A stretch of 54,794 bases of DNA from Nitrospirota bacterium (GTDB taxonomy: Bacteria; Nitrospinota; Nitrospinia; Nitrospinales; VA-1), in assembly GCA_003246675.1 (NCBI GenBank), contig QJZQ01000054.1, positions 1 through 54,794 of the forward strand. The letters run 5' to 3'. The notes under the pieces were generated by a model, which saw nothing but the letters and a program-made list of their open reading frames with translations, made no database searches and was not told the DNA's origin. How positions within the stretch are numbered: position 1 is the first letter of the stretch; each line of letters opens with the position of its first letter. Positions 40,561 to 51,462 of the stretch are shown here, piece by piece. A program made the translations under genes and the position numbers.

Positions 40561-42429
40561 TTACAGGAACACCACGAACAGCAGGATGACCACCAGCCCC
40601 GCGACCATGTTGAGGGCGTAAGTGCGGACCTTGCCGGACTGCCAGAGGCCGATGCCCCGGCTCACGCCGTGAATCTGCGCGCCCACCTCATCCACGGCAA
40701 AGTCGATGCCTTGCCGCTCGGCCTTTTCCTCGAGGAACGCTCCGATGGCCTTGGTGGGCCGGACGATTAAAAAGTCGTAAATCTCATCGACGTAGTATTT
40801 GTTGTAAAGCAGGTCGTAGATGGGCGCCAGGGCCTGCTTGACGAATTCGAGACGGTCCCGCCCGGTCATGTAAAGGATTCCGGCGAAGGCGATGCCCACA
40901 ACCCCCGCCGTCACCGCGATGGTCTCCAGCAGTTCGTCCTCCGGGTGGACGGGCGCGGCGCCGAACACCGGCGCGAGAAATTCATCCACCCAGTGCCCGA
41001 GCCCACCGGCCAGGAGCGCCAGGCCCGCCAGCGCAACCAGCGGCGCGGTCAGAGCCAGCGGCCCTTCGTGCGGGTGCGCTTCCGGGCTTCTCAGGGTGCC
41101 GTTGAACGTGTAAAAGTAGACGCGGAAAATGTAAAACGCCGTCATGCCCGCGGTGAGCACGGCAATGGCCCAGAAAAAGATGTTGCCCATCTCGCCGTGG
41201 TACGAACTCAGGATGATGGCCTCCTTGCTGTAAAAGCCGCTGGTGAGCGGAAAACCCGCCAACGCCAGGGAGCCGATCAGAAACGTCAGGTGGGTGAGCG
41301 GCATCGACTTCCTGAGCCCCCCCATGCGGCGCAGATCCTGCTCGCCATTGAGCGCGTGGATCACACTGCCGGCGCTCAGGAACAGGAGCGCTTTGAAGAA
41401 CGCATGCGTCATCAGGTGGAACATGCCGGCGCTGAAAACGCCGATGCCCACCGCGAGGAACATGTAGCCGAGCTGGCTCATGGTCGAATAGGCGATGACG
41501 CGTTTGATGTCGTATTGCACCAATGCCATGGAACCGGCGAACACGGCGGTGATCACCCCGACTCCGGCAATGAAATACATGGTGTACGGCGCCAGCTCAT
41601 ACAAGACGTGACAGCGGGCCACCAGGTAAACCCCGGCGGTGACCATGGTCGCGGCGTGGATGAGCGCACTGACCGGCGTTGGGCCTTCCATGGCGTCGGG
41701 CAGCCAGGTGTGAAGCGGCAGCTGGGCCGATTTGGCGAACGCGCCGACCAGCAGGAGCAGCGTGATGAGCAGGGCCACGTCGTCGTTGGGCCGCAGGTTC
41801 GCTTTCGCGGCGGCGAACACGTCCAGGTAGTTGAGTGTGCCGAAATGCGAGAAAATGACGAATGCCGCGATGACCATGCCCACATCGCCGATGACGTTCA
41901 TCACGAAGGCTTTCCTGGCCGCCAGCACGGCGCTGGTTTTCTCGCGCCAGAAGCCGATGAGCAGGTACGAGGCGAGCCCCACCAGCGCCCAGCCGACGAT
42001 AAGGAAAAAGAAATCCGCCGCCGCGATGAGCACCAGCATGGAAAAAATGAACAGGTTCAGGTAGGCGAAGAACCGGGGAAATTCCGGATCGCCCTCCATG
42101 TAGCTGAGAGAATAGACGTGAATGAGGAAACCCACCCCGGTGACAATCAGAAACATGAAGACGGACAGCGGGTCGATGAGGATGGACAGATTGAGCGTGA
42201 AGGTTTCAGAGGTGATCCAGGTGTACAGCGTGAGCACATGGCCGGCCCGTTGTTCCGCTTCCAGGAACATCATCTGGCTGAGCGCATAAAGTGAGAAGGC
42301 AAACGCGCCCCCCACCGCGCCACAGGCGATGAGGCCCGCGCGCCGGTGCGGCATTCGATTTCCCCACCAGCTCAGGCCAATGAAGCCGGACAGCGGGAGA
42401 AGCAGGATTAGCCAGGCGTATGAGAACAA
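40561..42429 (-). CDS. nuoL: NADH-quinone oxidoreductase subunit L
   Basis: 622 aa. LHTWLPDAMEGPTPVSALIHAATMVTAGVY, and a C-terminal lateral-helix region. Confidence 0.95.
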   Translation of the reverse strand: MFSYAWLILLLPLSGFIGLSWWGNRMPHRRAGLIACGAVGGAFAFSLYALSQMMFLEAEQRAGHVLTLYTWITSETFTLNLSILIDPLSVFMFLIVTGVGFLIHVYSLSYMEGDPEFPRFFAYLNLFIFSMLVLIAAADFFFLIVGWALVGLASYLLIGFWREKTSAVLAARKAFVMNVIGDVGMVIAAFVIFSHFGTLNYLDVFAAAKANLRPNDDVALLITLLLLVGAFAKSAQLPLHTWLPDAMEGPTPVSALIHAATMVTAGVYLVARCHVLYELAPYTMYFIAGVGVITAVFAGSMALVQYDIKRVIAYSTMSQLGYMFLAVGIGVFSAGMFHLMTHAFFKALLFLSAGSVIHALNGEQDLRRMGGLRKSMPLTHLTFLIGSLALAGFPLTSGFYSKEAIILSSYHGEMGNIFFWAIAVLTAGMTAFYIFRVYFYTFNGTLRSPEAHPHEGPLALTAPLVALAGLALLAGGLGHWVDEFLAPVFGAAPVHPEDELLETIAVTAGVVGIAFAGILYMTGRDRLEFVKQALAPIYDLLYNKYYVDEIYDFLIVRPTKAIGAFLEEKAERQGIDFAVDEVGAQIHGVSRGIGLWQSGKVRTYALNMVAGLVVILLFVVFL

Positions 42430-42433
42430 CGGT

Positions 42434-42733
42434 TTACCCCTTCAAGACGTTGATATGGTCCACGTTCAGGTCGTGCCGGGTCCTGAAAATCGTCAGGATG
42501 ATGGCCAGCCCCACCACCACCTCGGCCGCGGCCACCGCCATGATCATGAGAGCGAAGATCTGCCCGTCCATCGAGTTCAGAAAATCCGAATAACCGATGA
42601 GCAGGAAATTGACCGAGTTCAGCATGAGCTCCACGCACATGAACATGATGAGCGGGTTCTTGCGTATCATGAATCCCAACGCGCCGATGCAGAAAATGGT
42701 GGCGCTGATAATCAGAACAAAATTCGGGCCCAT
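42434..42733 (-). CDS. nuoK: NADH-quinone oxidoreductase subunit K
   Basis: 99 aa, three TM helices, ELMLNSVN and AAAEVVVGLAI motifs. Confidence 0.93.
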   Translation of the reverse strand: MGPNFVLIISATIFCIGALGFMIRKNPLIMFMCVELMLNSVNFLLIGYSDFLNSMDGQIFALMIMAVAAAEVVVGLAIILTIFRTRHDLNVDHINVLKG

Positions 42734-42735
42734 GG

Positions 42736-43272
42736 TTATCTCGTCCTTCTCTTAAGCGGCGCGCTGGGGAACTTCGCCAGGCAGATGATGCCCACCGCCG
42801 CCACCAGCAAAAGCACCGACGCAAGTTCGAACGGCACCAGATGGCGGGAAAACAGTTCGAGCCCGACCACCTTGGCGCTGCCCACCTCGGCCAGCACCTG
42901 CGCATCCACCGCCCCCTGGATGGGTTTGGTGGGGCCCACGGTGGCCGCGAGCAAAAGTTCGCCAAACAGGGTACCGGCAAAACTGAGCGCCATGAAACGC
43001 TCGAACGACGCTTCCTGGATCTCCTTGCGGCCCCCCAGGAGAGCGATGATAAACAGGAATAAAATCATCACCGCGCCCGCGTAAACGATGATCTGCACCG
43101 CGGCGACGAACTCGGCATGATACAGGAGAAACAGGAGGGCCAGGCAAATCATGTGGCCAATGAGGTACAACGCGCAGTAGATCGGCGAGGAGCATAAAAT
43201 AACGCCCAGGCTCGCGAGCACCGCCATCAGCCCCGTAATAAATACGACCAAGTCGTAAGTGATTTCAAACAC
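42736..43272 (-). CDS. nuoJ: NADH-quinone oxidoreductase subunit J
   Basis: 178-aa membrane protein in the conserved position between nuoI and nuoK. VQIIVYAGAVMILFLFIIAL motif. Confidence 0.9.
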   Translation of the reverse strand: MFEITYDLVVFITGLMAVLASLGVILCSSPIYCALYLIGHMICLALLFLLYHAEFVAAVQIIVYAGAVMILFLFIIALLGGRKEIQEASFERFMALSFAGTLFGELLLAATVGPTKPIQGAVDAQVLAEVGSAKVVGLELFSRHLVPFELASVLLLVAAVGIICLAKFPSAPLKRRTR

Positions 43273-43356
43273 AGCTCTCTCCCCTTGAATAAGCTGACCG
43301 GCCCGCGGGTGAACCCACGGCGGCCCGGCCCCTCCAGACCTCTCCCCCGGCCTGCG

Positions 43357-43845
43357 TCAAACCCGCGTGGTGTTGCCGAGCACGTTGACGCGGAACTGGT
43401 TCGGTTCGGGATAAACCAGCAGATCCTGCTTGGTGGCGATGTACTTATCCCGGTCGTAGTCGGCCAGTTCGTAATGTTCGCGCAGGACAACGGCATCCAC
43501 CGGGCAGGCTTCTTCGCAGTAGCCGCAGTAAATGCAACGAAGCAGGTTGATCTCGTACACCTCGGCATAACGCTCGCCCGCCGAAACGCGGTGCTCCGGC
43601 GTGTTTTCCGCCGCCACCACGTGAATGCAGCCCACCGGGCAGTTGACCGAGCACAAGCTGCACCCCACGCACCGTTCCAGACCGTTTTCATCCCGGTTCA
43701 GGAAATGCCGGCCGCGGTACCCCTTGGGCATGGTGCGCTTCACCTCGGGATAACAGATCGTCGTGGGCTTGGAGAGCATGTTGCGAAACGTGACCCCCAG
43801 CCCGATCATCAGATTCTTGATTCCCGCAAACGCTGCCTGCAGCAT
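43357..43845 (-). CDS. nuoI: NADH-quinone oxidoreductase subunit I
   Basis: 162 aa. Two 4Fe-4S motifs, CVGCSLCSVNCP and CIYCGYCEEACP. Confidence 0.95.
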   Translation of the reverse strand: MLQAAFAGIKNLMIGLGVTFRNMLSKPTTICYPEVKRTMPKGYRGRHFLNRDENGLERCVGCSLCSVNCPVGCIHVVAAENTPEHRVSAGERYAEVYEINLLRCIYCGYCEEACPVDAVVLREHYELADYDRDKYIATKQDLLVYPEPNQFRVNVLGNTTRV

Positions 43846-43864
43846 AACAACCTCTATATTCCGG

Positions 43865-44893
43865 TCACAGAACCTTGATGACGCTTGTGACCAGCAGATT
43901 CAAGATACAAAGCGGCAAAAGCACCTTCCAGCCGAAGGTCATCAGGCGGTCGTAACGAAGCCTTGGAAACGTCGACCGCAGCCAGATGAACACGCACAAA
44001 AGGAAGAACACCTTGAGGGAGAACGCCAGGATCGGCCACAAGGGCAACCCGTAGGCGTTCCAGCCGCCCAGAAACAGCAGGGTGATCATGGCGCTCATGG
44101 TCACCATATTGATGTACTCGCCCATGAAGAACATGGCGAACTTCATTCCTGTATATTCCGTATGAAACCCCGCCACCAGCTCCTGCTCCGCCTCGGGCAG
44201 GTCGAAGGGCGCCCGGTTGGTCTCCGCCACGCCGGCGATGAAAAACAGCAGAAACGCCAGGGGCTGAAGAATAATATAAGGCACCGTGGCCTGGCTCTCC
44301 ACCAGGTCGATCAGGTTGAGCGACCCGGTCAGCACGATGACGCTGAGCGCCGAAAGGCCGAGCGCCAGTTCGTAGCTGATCATCTGCGCCGAGGAGCGCA
44401 GCCCGCCCATCAGCGAATATTTGTTGTTCGATGAAAGCCCCGCCAGCACCATGCCGTAAATCCCCATGCCGGAGATGGCGAAGATGAACAGAATGCCGGA
44501 GTTGATGTTCGCGCCCCACAGGCCGATCTCCTGGCCAAGCACCGTCACCGGCTCGCCAAAGGGGATAACGGCGAAGGCCACGATCGCCGTGAACACCACC
44601 ACCGCCGGCGCCAGATGATAGAGAAACTTGTCGGCGGAGCTCTGGATGATCGATTCCTTGAACAGCAGCTTGATCGAATCGGCGAAGGGCTGCCCGAGGC
44701 CCAGCGGGCCGACGCGGTTCGGCCCAAGCCGCACCTGAAAGCGGCCCATGAGCCTGCGTTCGAGCCACACCAGCAACGGCACCACACCGAGCAGCGCTCC
44801 CGCGATCACCATGGCCTTGATGCTGCCAATGATGAACGCCGGCTCGAACAGCGGGTCGATAAACTCCATCACCTCATCGAAGAATTCACTCAA
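43865..44893 (-). CDS. nuoH: NADH-quinone oxidoreductase subunit H
   Basis: 342 aa. [25 protein letters not shown] and [10 protein letters not shown] motifs. Confidence 0.95.
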   Translation of the reverse strand: MSEFFDEVMEFIDPLFEPAFIIGSIKAMVIAGALLGVVPLLVWLERRLMGRFQVRLGPNRVGPLGLGQPFADSIKLLFKESIIQSSADKFLYHLAPAVVVFTAIVAFAVIPFGEPVTVLGQEIGLWGANINSGILFIFAISGMGIYGMVLAGLSSNNKYSLMGGLRSSAQMISYELALGLSALSVIVLTGSLNLIDLVESQATVPYIILQPLAFLLFFIAGVAETNRAPFDLPEAEQELVAGFHTEYTGMKFAMFFMGEYINMVTMSAMITLLFLGGWNAYGLPLWPILAFSLKVFFLLCVFIWLRSTFPRLRYDRLMTFGWKVLLPLCILNLLVTSVIKVL

Positions 44894-44933
44894 AGCGTCG
44901 GTTCTCCGTTCCTGGCGCTCAACATCGCGCCCA

Positions 44934-47396
44934 TCATGCCTTCTTCACATCCACCGCTGCCGCGTCTTCCGCCGCCAGCGTCATCAGGTCTTGCTCGTCG
45001 GACACCCGCGGCACCACCACGCCGCCGGGGTTGACTCTGTTGGACACCTCCGCCTGGGCGCGCACCTCGCCGCCACCGGCCGTGATGACCACCGGGTCCC
45101 CATTCGCGATGCCCAGGCGGCTCGCGTCGGCCTCGTTCAGGGTCGCGGTGGAAGCCTGGAACTGGTGCGAAAGCTGTGACGAGGGGTCGAGTATCGCATC
45201 CTGCGCAAACAGGCGGTGGGCGATGCGAAGCCTGAGGCCTCCCGCCGTCGCCTGCTCCGAAGGGCTCTCGACCGCGCCTTGGGCAACCGGCGGCTGCGTC
45301 CGGGTTTGCCCTTCTTTCTTTATGCTTTTCTTGCTGATGTCGCTGTAACCGGGCACCTTTTCGGCGATCTCCGCCGTCACGCCAAAAGACGCGGCGTACT
45401 CCGGCGCATTTTCGTCCAGCGCGCGAATCATCATGGAGACCAGTTTCCAGTCGGGCGCGTTCGCTGTTTTCAGCCCGCCCTTGCGCAACTGCACCCGTCC
45501 GCCGATGTTGGTGGTGGTGCCTTCGTCGTATCCCGGGCCGTTGGAAATGAGAACCACGTTGGCCAGGCGGGAAGTCTCGGTCTGCATGATATCGTGCACC
45601 ACCAGGACATCGAGTTTCTTAAGGGCGGCGGCAAGCCGCTTTCCCCCGGGAAAGTCGGCAAGGGGATTCGCCCGGTGGATCAACAGCGCCTTGAGGCGCC
45701 CCTGCTCCGCCTGTTCGATCATCTGCATCGCGCTGAGCCCCGGCGCGGTGGGAGTGTTTTCGCCCCACGCCGCCTGAATGGCCTCGGCCCCACCCGCAAG
45801 CGGCATGCCGCCCGGGTAATAATCCGGCAATACGCCCATGTCCAGCGCGCCCACAGCGTTGGTGCCGGGCGCCGCGGGGATGGCCCCGCAGGAAATTTCG
45901 CCGATCTGGCCCATCGCCGTCATCAGGCGCGAAAGCTGGCCGTGGGCCGCCGCGCTCAGGGGCACGGGGTTGTAGATGAGCGTGACTTTTTGACTGCCCC
46001 GGATGAGGTCTGCGAGGGTCTTGATTTGCTCCCCATCGAGCCCCGCCCGGCCGGCAAGGTCCGCGCCCGCGCCGCTGCCGGCAAGCTCCGCCGCCAGCGC
46101 TTCGCATACCGCCGCCGCGGCGCCGACATTGTAACGGCCGGACCATTCCGCGTAGCGGTCCATCGAGGTGGACTGGTCGCCGAGCACCGCGAGTTTCACG
46201 CCGCCGCGCTTGGCCACTTTTTTCAGCCGCAGTTCGAGAATCGGCAATTCCTCCGCCGGGTCCGATGCAAGCAGCAGAACCAGGTCGGATGTTTCGATAT
46301 CCTGCAGATCGTGATGGGCGATGGGCAGGCCGGGCGAACCGGGATGCGTCTTGTGATCGATGTTGTTGCTGCCCAGGCCCTGGCGGAACAGCTTCTGGTA
46401 CAGGTAAAGCTCCTCGTTCGTGCCGTAAGCCGAACCGATGAAGCCGACGCTTTCCGGCCCGTGCTCGTCTGCAATTTTCTTAAACGCCTCGGCCACATGC
46501 ACCGCGGCCTCTTTCGGGGTGAGAGCCTTCCAGTCGCCGCTGAGCCGGGATTTATTCATGCCCATGCGGTTTTTGCTCTCAAGGAAGTCGTACCCCCAGC
46601 GCGCCTTGTCGCAGATCCAGCCATCATCGACCCGGTCGTTGGGCCGGCTCTGAATGCGCAGGAGCTTGTTGGTGCGCGTCCCCATCGTCATGTTGCAGTT
46701 GACGCCGCAGTGCGAGCACAGCGTGTCGGAATTCGCCAGGTCCCAGGTGCGGGCCTTGAAGCGGAACTGCGTGTTCGTCAGCGCGCCCACCGGGCAGATG
46801 TCGATCACGTTGCCGGAAAAGCGCGTGGCGTAGGGCTCGTTGTTGAACGTGCCGATTTCGTTTTTGAAACCGCGGTTGTGCATGACCAGCGCGCGCTCGT
46901 CCTCGATGATGTCGCTGTAGCGCGTGCAGCGCTGACAGGCAATGCAGCGCTCCCGGTCGAGGGTGATGACGGGGCTGAGCGGCGCGGCCTTCAGGTTATG
47001 GGCGCGGTCGAACTCCATGCGCGTTTCCGGCGCGCCGAATTTGAACGTGTTGTCCTGCAGCGGGCACTCGCCCCCCTTGTCGCACACCGGGCAATCCAGC
47101 GGGTGGTTGAGCAGGGTGAATTCCAGCACGCCCTTCTGCGCCTTTTCCACCTTCTCCGTGTTCGTCCGCACCACCATGCCGGGGCCCACGTCCAGGGTAC
47201 AGGCGGTCGCCATTTTCGGCATTTTTTCAACTTCCACGAGACACATGCGGCAGCAACCGAAGGGGCCGAGCTTCTCGTGATAACAGAACACGGGAATCTC
47301 AATGCCCACGGTCTTGGCCGCGTCCACCACTTTCGTGCCCTTGGGAACGGTGACGGTCTTGTCGTCGATGGTCAGTGTGACGGGTTCGTTGGCCAT
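44934..47396 (-). CDS. nuoG: NADH-quinone oxidoreductase subunit G (long form with molybdopterin-like domain)
   Basis: 820 aa. 2Fe-2S CYHEKLGPFGCCRMCLVEV, HPLDCPVCDKGGECPLQ, CIACQRCTRY, CPVGAL. Confidence 0.95.
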   Translation of the reverse strand: MANEPVTLTIDDKTVTVPKGTKVVDAAKTVGIEIPVFCYHEKLGPFGCCRMCLVEVEKMPKMATACTLDVGPGMVVRTNTEKVEKAQKGVLEFTLLNHPLDCPVCDKGGECPLQDNTFKFGAPETRMEFDRAHNLKAAPLSPVITLDRERCIACQRCTRYSDIIEDERALVMHNRGFKNEIGTFNNEPYATRFSGNVIDICPVGALTNTQFRFKARTWDLANSDTLCSHCGVNCNMTMGTRTNKLLRIQSRPNDRVDDGWICDKARWGYDFLESKNRMGMNKSRLSGDWKALTPKEAAVHVAEAFKKIADEHGPESVGFIGSAYGTNEELYLYQKLFRQGLGSNNIDHKTHPGSPGLPIAHHDLQDIETSDLVLLLASDPAEELPILELRLKKVAKRGGVKLAVLGDQSTSMDRYAEWSGRYNVGAAAAVCEALAAELAGSGAGADLAGRAGLDGEQIKTLADLIRGSQKVTLIYNPVPLSAAAHGQLSRLMTAMGQIGEISCGAIPAAPGTNAVGALDMGVLPDYYPGGMPLAGGAEAIQAAWGENTPTAPGLSAMQMIEQAEQGRLKALLIHRANPLADFPGGKRLAAALKKLDVLVVHDIMQTETSRLANVVLISNGPGYDEGTTTNIGGRVQLRKGGLKTANAPDWKLVSMMIRALDENAPEYAASFGVTAEIAEKVPGYSDISKKSIKKEGQTRTQPPVAQGAVESPSEQATAGGLRLRIAHRLFAQDAILDPSSQLSHQFQASTATLNEADASRLGIANGDPVVITAGGGEVRAQAEVSNRVNPGGVVVPRVSDEQDLMTLAAEDAAAVDVKKA

Positions 47397-47399
47397 GGG

Positions 47400-48659
47400 T
47401 TATCCGGCGGCTCCGGTGGCCGCATTTTGCAGAAATTCCTCATAATCCGCCCTGAAGTGCTTGATGCCGCTCACCACCGGAGCGATGGCGGCGTCGCCCA
47501 GCGGGCAGAAACATTTAAAACTCATGTTGTCGCAGATATCGTTCAGCTTTGAAATCGGGTCGCCTTCGCTCTGGCCTTTCATGATTCGCGAGAGAATCTG
47601 CCACAACCAGCGCGTCCCCTCCCGGCAGGGCGTGCATTTGCCGCAGGATTCGTGCATGTAAAAACTCATCAATCGGTGGGTGGCCTCCACCACGTTCATC
47701 GTGTGATCGATGACGATGAGGGCGCCCGAGCCCAGCATGGAGCCCGCGGCCTGCAACGCCTCGTAATCGTAAGGCGTGTCCACCAGCTCGGCGGGCAGCA
47801 TCGGCACCGACGAACCACCGGGAATGAACGCCTTGAGTTTGTTATCGTCGCGAATGCCGCCGGCCAGATCGTAGATGATCTCCCGCGTCGGGGTGCCGAG
47901 CACCACCTCGTAGTTTCCCGGCTTTTTGACATGGCCGGACACGCTCACGAGTTTCGTCCCCTTGCTTTTCTCGGTGCCGATGGCGGCGTATTTCTCCGGC
48001 CCTTCCGAAATAATCCAGGGCACGCAGCACAGGGTCTCGACATTGTTGATGACCGTCGGCTTGGCGTAAAGCCCTTCCACCGCCGGGAAAGGCGGTTTCA
48101 TGCGCGGTTCGCCGCGCCGCCCCTCGAGGGAGTTGAGCAATGCGGATTCCTCGCCGCAGATGTAAGCGCCGGCGCCGAGGTGCGTGTGAATATCGAGATC
48201 GAAACCGCTGCCCATGATGTTCTTGCCGAGATACCCCTTGCGGCGCGCTTCGTCGAGAGCCTTTTCCATGATCTGCGCCAGGTCGTAAAACTCGCCGCGA
48301 AAATAGATGTAGCCCGTCTGTATGCGGCAGGCGTAGGAGCACAGGATCATCCCCTCGATGAGCAGGTGCGGGTTCTTGAGCAGGAGCTCGCGATCCTTGC
48401 AGGTGCCCGGCTCGCTTTCGTCGGCGTTGCAGCAGAGGTAGCGCGGAAAAACGTCCTTGGCGAGAAAGCTCCACTTGAGGCCCGCGGGGAACCCCGCGCC
48501 GCCGCGCCCGCGCAGGCCCGAGGCCTTGACCATCTCCACCACTTCCTCGGGCTGCTTCTTGAAGGCGATCTCAAGCGAGCGGTACCCGCCCTGCCCTTCG
48601 TACACCGGCAGCGTGGCGAGGCCCTCGAGATTAATGTTCTTGAAAAGGATCTGGGTCAT
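47400..48659 (-). CDS. nuoF: NADH-quinone oxidoreductase subunit F
   Basis: 419 aa. FMN/NADH site GRGGAGFPAGLKW and N3 cluster ESCGKCTPCREG. Confidence 0.96.
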   Translation of the reverse strand: MTQILFKNINLEGLATLPVYEGQGGYRSLEIAFKKQPEEVVEMVKASGLRGRGGAGFPAGLKWSFLAKDVFPRYLCCNADESEPGTCKDRELLLKNPHLLIEGMILCSYACRIQTGYIYFRGEFYDLAQIMEKALDEARRKGYLGKNIMGSGFDLDIHTHLGAGAYICGEESALLNSLEGRRGEPRMKPPFPAVEGLYAKPTVINNVETLCCVPWIISEGPEKYAAIGTEKSKGTKLVSVSGHVKKPGNYEVVLGTPTREIIYDLAGGIRDDNKLKAFIPGGSSVPMLPAELVDTPYDYEALQAAGSMLGSGALIVIDHTMNVVEATHRLMSFYMHESCGKCTPCREGTRWLWQILSRIMKGQSEGDPISKLNDICDNMSFKCFCPLGDAAIAPVVSGIKHFRADYEEFLQNAATGAAG

Positions 48660-48671
48660 AAGTCTTTCCGC

Positions 48672-49142
48672 TCACTCCAGGGAATCGATGATTTCATCGA
48701 TCTTCGCCGGCGTCAGGAATTCGTAAAACGTGTCGTTGATGCGCATCATCGGCGCGCCGGTGCACGCGGCGAGACACTCCTCCCGAAGCAGGGTGAATTT
48801 CTCGTCCGGCGTGGTCTGCCCGATCTCGATACCGAGCTTCTTCGCGGTGTAGGCCAGAAGGTCGTCGCAGCCGTTGAGCTGGCAGCTGATGTTGATGCAG
48901 AACAGGATCAGGTAGCGCCCCACCTTCTCGGTGTGATACATCGTGTAAAAAGAAGCGACCGATTGCACGTAAGCGGGCGACAGATCCAGCCTGCGGCCGA
49001 TTTCCACCATCGCCTCCGGGGTGATGTGGCGCTCCTGCCGCTGCGTCACGGTGAGAAGCGGAAGCAACGCGCTCTGGCGATCGGGATATTTTCCCAGGAT
49101 CTTCTCGATCTCCTTTTCGGAGGTTTCATTGAAAGCGAACAT
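48672..49142 (-). CDS. nuoE: NADH-quinone oxidoreductase subunit E
   Basis: Start at ATG 49142 (MFAFNETSEKE...), sharing one base with the nuoD TGA stop. Thioredoxin-like 2Fe-2S motifs CINISCQLNG and CLAACTGAP. Confidence 0.92.
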   Translation of the reverse strand: MFAFNETSEKEIEKILGKYPDRQSALLPLLTVTQRQERHITPEAMVEIGRRLDLSPAYVQSVASFYTMYHTEKVGRYLILFCINISCQLNGCDDLLAYTAKKLGIEIGQTTPDEKFTLLREECLAACTGAPMMRINDTFYEFLTPAKIDEIIDSLE

Positions 49143-50341
49143 CAGCGATCCACCTCTCCCATAACAATATCGATGCTGCCGATCACCGCCACCACGTCGG
49201 CGATGTAACAGTCTTCCATCATCTTGCACATGCCCGGAATGGCCATGAACGACGGCGCCCTCAGCTTCACGCGCACGGGCACGTTGCCCCCGTCGCTGAC
49301 GATGTAGAAGCCGATTTCGCCGCGCGGCCCCTCGATGGGAATGTAAGTTTCCCCCCGCGGCACGTGAACCCCCTCGGACACCAGCTTGAAGTGGTGGATG
49401 AGGGCTTCCATGCTGCTGTGCAGGGTGTCTCTCGGCGGCAGCGAAATTTTGCTGTCCTCGATCTTCCAGGGCCCGGCGGGAATGGCGTCCAGCGCCTGGG
49501 AAATGATCTCCCGGCTCTGCCGCATCTCCTCCACCCGCACCAGGTAGCGGTCGTACACGTCGCCGTTTTTACCCGTGGGCACCTCGAACCGGAAATTCTC
49601 GTAACCGCTGTAGGGCCGCTTCTTGCGAAAATCGAAATCGACGCCGGAGGCGCGCAGCGCCGGACCGCTCAGGCTCCAGTTGATGGCTTCCTCGCGGGTC
49701 ATCACCCCCACGCCCTGCGTGCGGTCCAGCCAGATGGGGTTTTTCGTCAGCAGCCGTTCGTATTCGTCGATCTTCGCGGGCAGGTAGTCGATGAACTGCC
49801 GCACCTTGCGCAGCCACGAGGCCGACGCGTCTCGCATCACCCCGCCGATGCGGATGTAGCTCGTCATCATGCGTACGCCGGCGACCTCCTCGTTGAGGTC
49901 GAGGATCATCTCCCGCTCGCGCCAGCAGTAAAGGAAAACCGTCATCGCGCCGATGTCCAGCGCGTGCGTCGCCAGCCACACCAGGTGGCTGCCCAGCCGG
50001 GACAGCTCGCACATGATGACGCGCAAATACTCCGCCCGTTCGGGCACCCGTACCTCCAGGAGCTTCTCTGTGGCCAGGCAGAAGGCCATGTTGTTTCCCG
50101 GCGGGTTCAGGTAGTCGAGCCGGTCGGTCATCGGGATGACGTGCTGGTAGCGCTTGTTTTCCGATGTTTTTTCGATGCCGGTATGCAGGTAGCCGATCTC
50201 CGGCTCGGCGCTCTTGACCATTTCACCATCCATTTCCAGGATGATGCGGAACACGCCGTGGGTGCTGGGGTGCGACGGACCCATATTGAGGGTCATGGTG
50301 TCTTTATCGCGTTCGAGCAAGCCCTGTTCGGTGACGGTCAT
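49142..50341 (-). CDS. nuoD: NADH-quinone oxidoreductase subunit D
   Basis: 399 aa. NMGPSHPSTHGVFR, TGIEK, and C-terminal DIVMGEVDR. Confidence 0.96.
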   Translation of the reverse strand: MTVTEQGLLERDKDTMTLNMGPSHPSTHGVFRIILEMDGEMVKSAEPEIGYLHTGIEKTSENKRYQHVIPMTDRLDYLNPPGNNMAFCLATEKLLEVRVPERAEYLRVIMCELSRLGSHLVWLATHALDIGAMTVFLYCWREREMILDLNEEVAGVRMMTSYIRIGGVMRDASASWLRKVRQFIDYLPAKIDEYERLLTKNPIWLDRTQGVGVMTREEAINWSLSGPALRASGVDFDFRKKRPYSGYENFRFEVPTGKNGDVYDRYLVRVEEMRQSREIISQALDAIPAGPWKIEDSKISLPPRDTLHSSMEALIHHFKLVSEGVHVPRGETYIPIEGPRGEIGFYIVSDGGNVPVRVKLRAPSFMAIPGMCKMMEDCYIADVVAVIGSIDIVMGEVDR

Positions 50342-50350
50342 GGTGTTTGT

Positions 50351-50881
50351 TTACCTGGTCGGCGGCTTGGATTTAACGAGCTCTCTCTTGTAGTCCCGGT
50401 TGTGCGAGAAAGCGATGTCTTCGGTGGTCAACGGGTAATCTTTTCTCAGCGGATATCCCTCCCAGCCTTCGGGCATGATGAGCCGCTTGCTGTTGTCGAG
50501 GCCGGTGATGGTGAAGCCGAACATGTCATACAGTTCGCGCTCCGGGTACACCGCCGACTGCCACAGCCCCGTAACGGTGGGGACGGTGGGGTTTTCCTCC
50601 TCAAGCCCCACCCGCAGGCGGATGGAGTGGTTGTGGTCCATCGAATGGAATTCGTAAACCGCCTCGAACCGGGGCTCGCGATCTTCATCGAGGTAGTCCA
50701 CCCCGCTGATATGGGAAAGATAGTCGAACGCAAGCGCCGGGTCGTTCTTCAGATGGGTGGCCACCTCCAGCAGGTTGTCCGGGCCAAGGAAGAGAACCGC
50801 GTCCCCCAGGTTCACTTCTCCCCGGTCGACCTTGTCCCCCAGGGCCTCGGTCACCTTTTGAACGACTTCCTCACTCGTCAT
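50351..50881 (-). CDS. nuoC: NADH-quinone oxidoreductase subunit C
   Basis: 176 aa. 30-kDa subunit signature [11 protein letters not shown]...LRK-like ([15 protein letters not shown]...PLRKDYPL). Confidence 0.93.
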   Translation of the reverse strand: MTSEEVVQKVTEALGDKVDRGEVNLGDAVLFLGPDNLLEVATHLKNDPALAFDYLSHISGVDYLDEDREPRFEAVYEFHSMDHNHSIRLRVGLEEENPTVPTVTGLWQSAVYPERELYDMFGFTITGLDNSKRLIMPEGWEGYPLRKDYPLTTEDIAFSHNRDYKRELVKSKPPTR

Positions 50882-51462
50882 GCCGCCCTCTTTTTAGCTT
50901 TATCCGTCCCCGCTTCCATCATGATTTTTTCCTGCAGCTTGATCACTCCGTACAGCAAAGCCTCGGGGCCAGGCGGGCAGCCGGGCACGTACACGTCGAC
51001 CGGCACCACACGGTCCACCCCCTGAACGATGGAATAGTTATTGAAGATGCCGCCGCAGGATGCGCAGGCGCCCATGGAGATAACCCACTTCGGCTCCGGC
51101 ATCTGGTCGTAGATCTGCTTGAGCACCGGGGCCATTTTCTGCGAGACGCGGCCGGAGACGATCATCAGGTCGGCCTGCCGGGGCGAGGCGCGGAAGACTT
51201 CGGCGCCGAAGCGGGCGGCGTCCCAGCGGGAGTTGGCCATGGCCATCATCTCGATGGCGCAGCAGGCGAGCCCGAAAGTGGCCGGCCACAGGGCGTTTTT
51301 CTGCGCCCAGCCCACCACCTTGCCGAGCTTGGTGGTCAGAATGCTGTCGTAGACGGCGCCGGAAAACTCATAATCCATGGCCTCGACGGCATCCTTGACA
51401 TTCAGCCGCAAGTTATTGGCTTCTTCCTCGAATTTATCGACAGCAAAATCGATCAATCCCAT
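50878..51462 (-). CDS. nuoB: NADH-quinone oxidoreductase subunit B
   Basis: 194 aa. N2-cluster cysteines in [18 protein letters not shown] and PGCPP. Confidence 0.96.
   Translation of the reverse strand: MGLIDFAVDKFEEEANNLRLNVKDAVEAMDYEFSGAVYDSILTTKLGKVVGWAQKNALWPATFGLACCAIEMMAMANSRWDAARFGAEVFRASPRQADLMIVSGRVSQKMAPVLKQIYDQMPEPKWVISMGACASCGGIFNNYSIVQGVDRVVPVDVYVPGCPPGPEALLYGVIKLQEKIMMEAGTDKAKKRAA

Noticed and set aside
38894-51025. Series of long plus-strand ORFs (38894..40543, 40945..42294, 45216..47552, 47652..49208, 49364..51025) across the nuo operon
   Set aside because: All are antisense to clearly identifiable nuo genes. They are charge-rich and repetitive (for example runs of H, R, E, D, G), with no membrane or Fe-S motifs. 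They are GC-skew artefacts.
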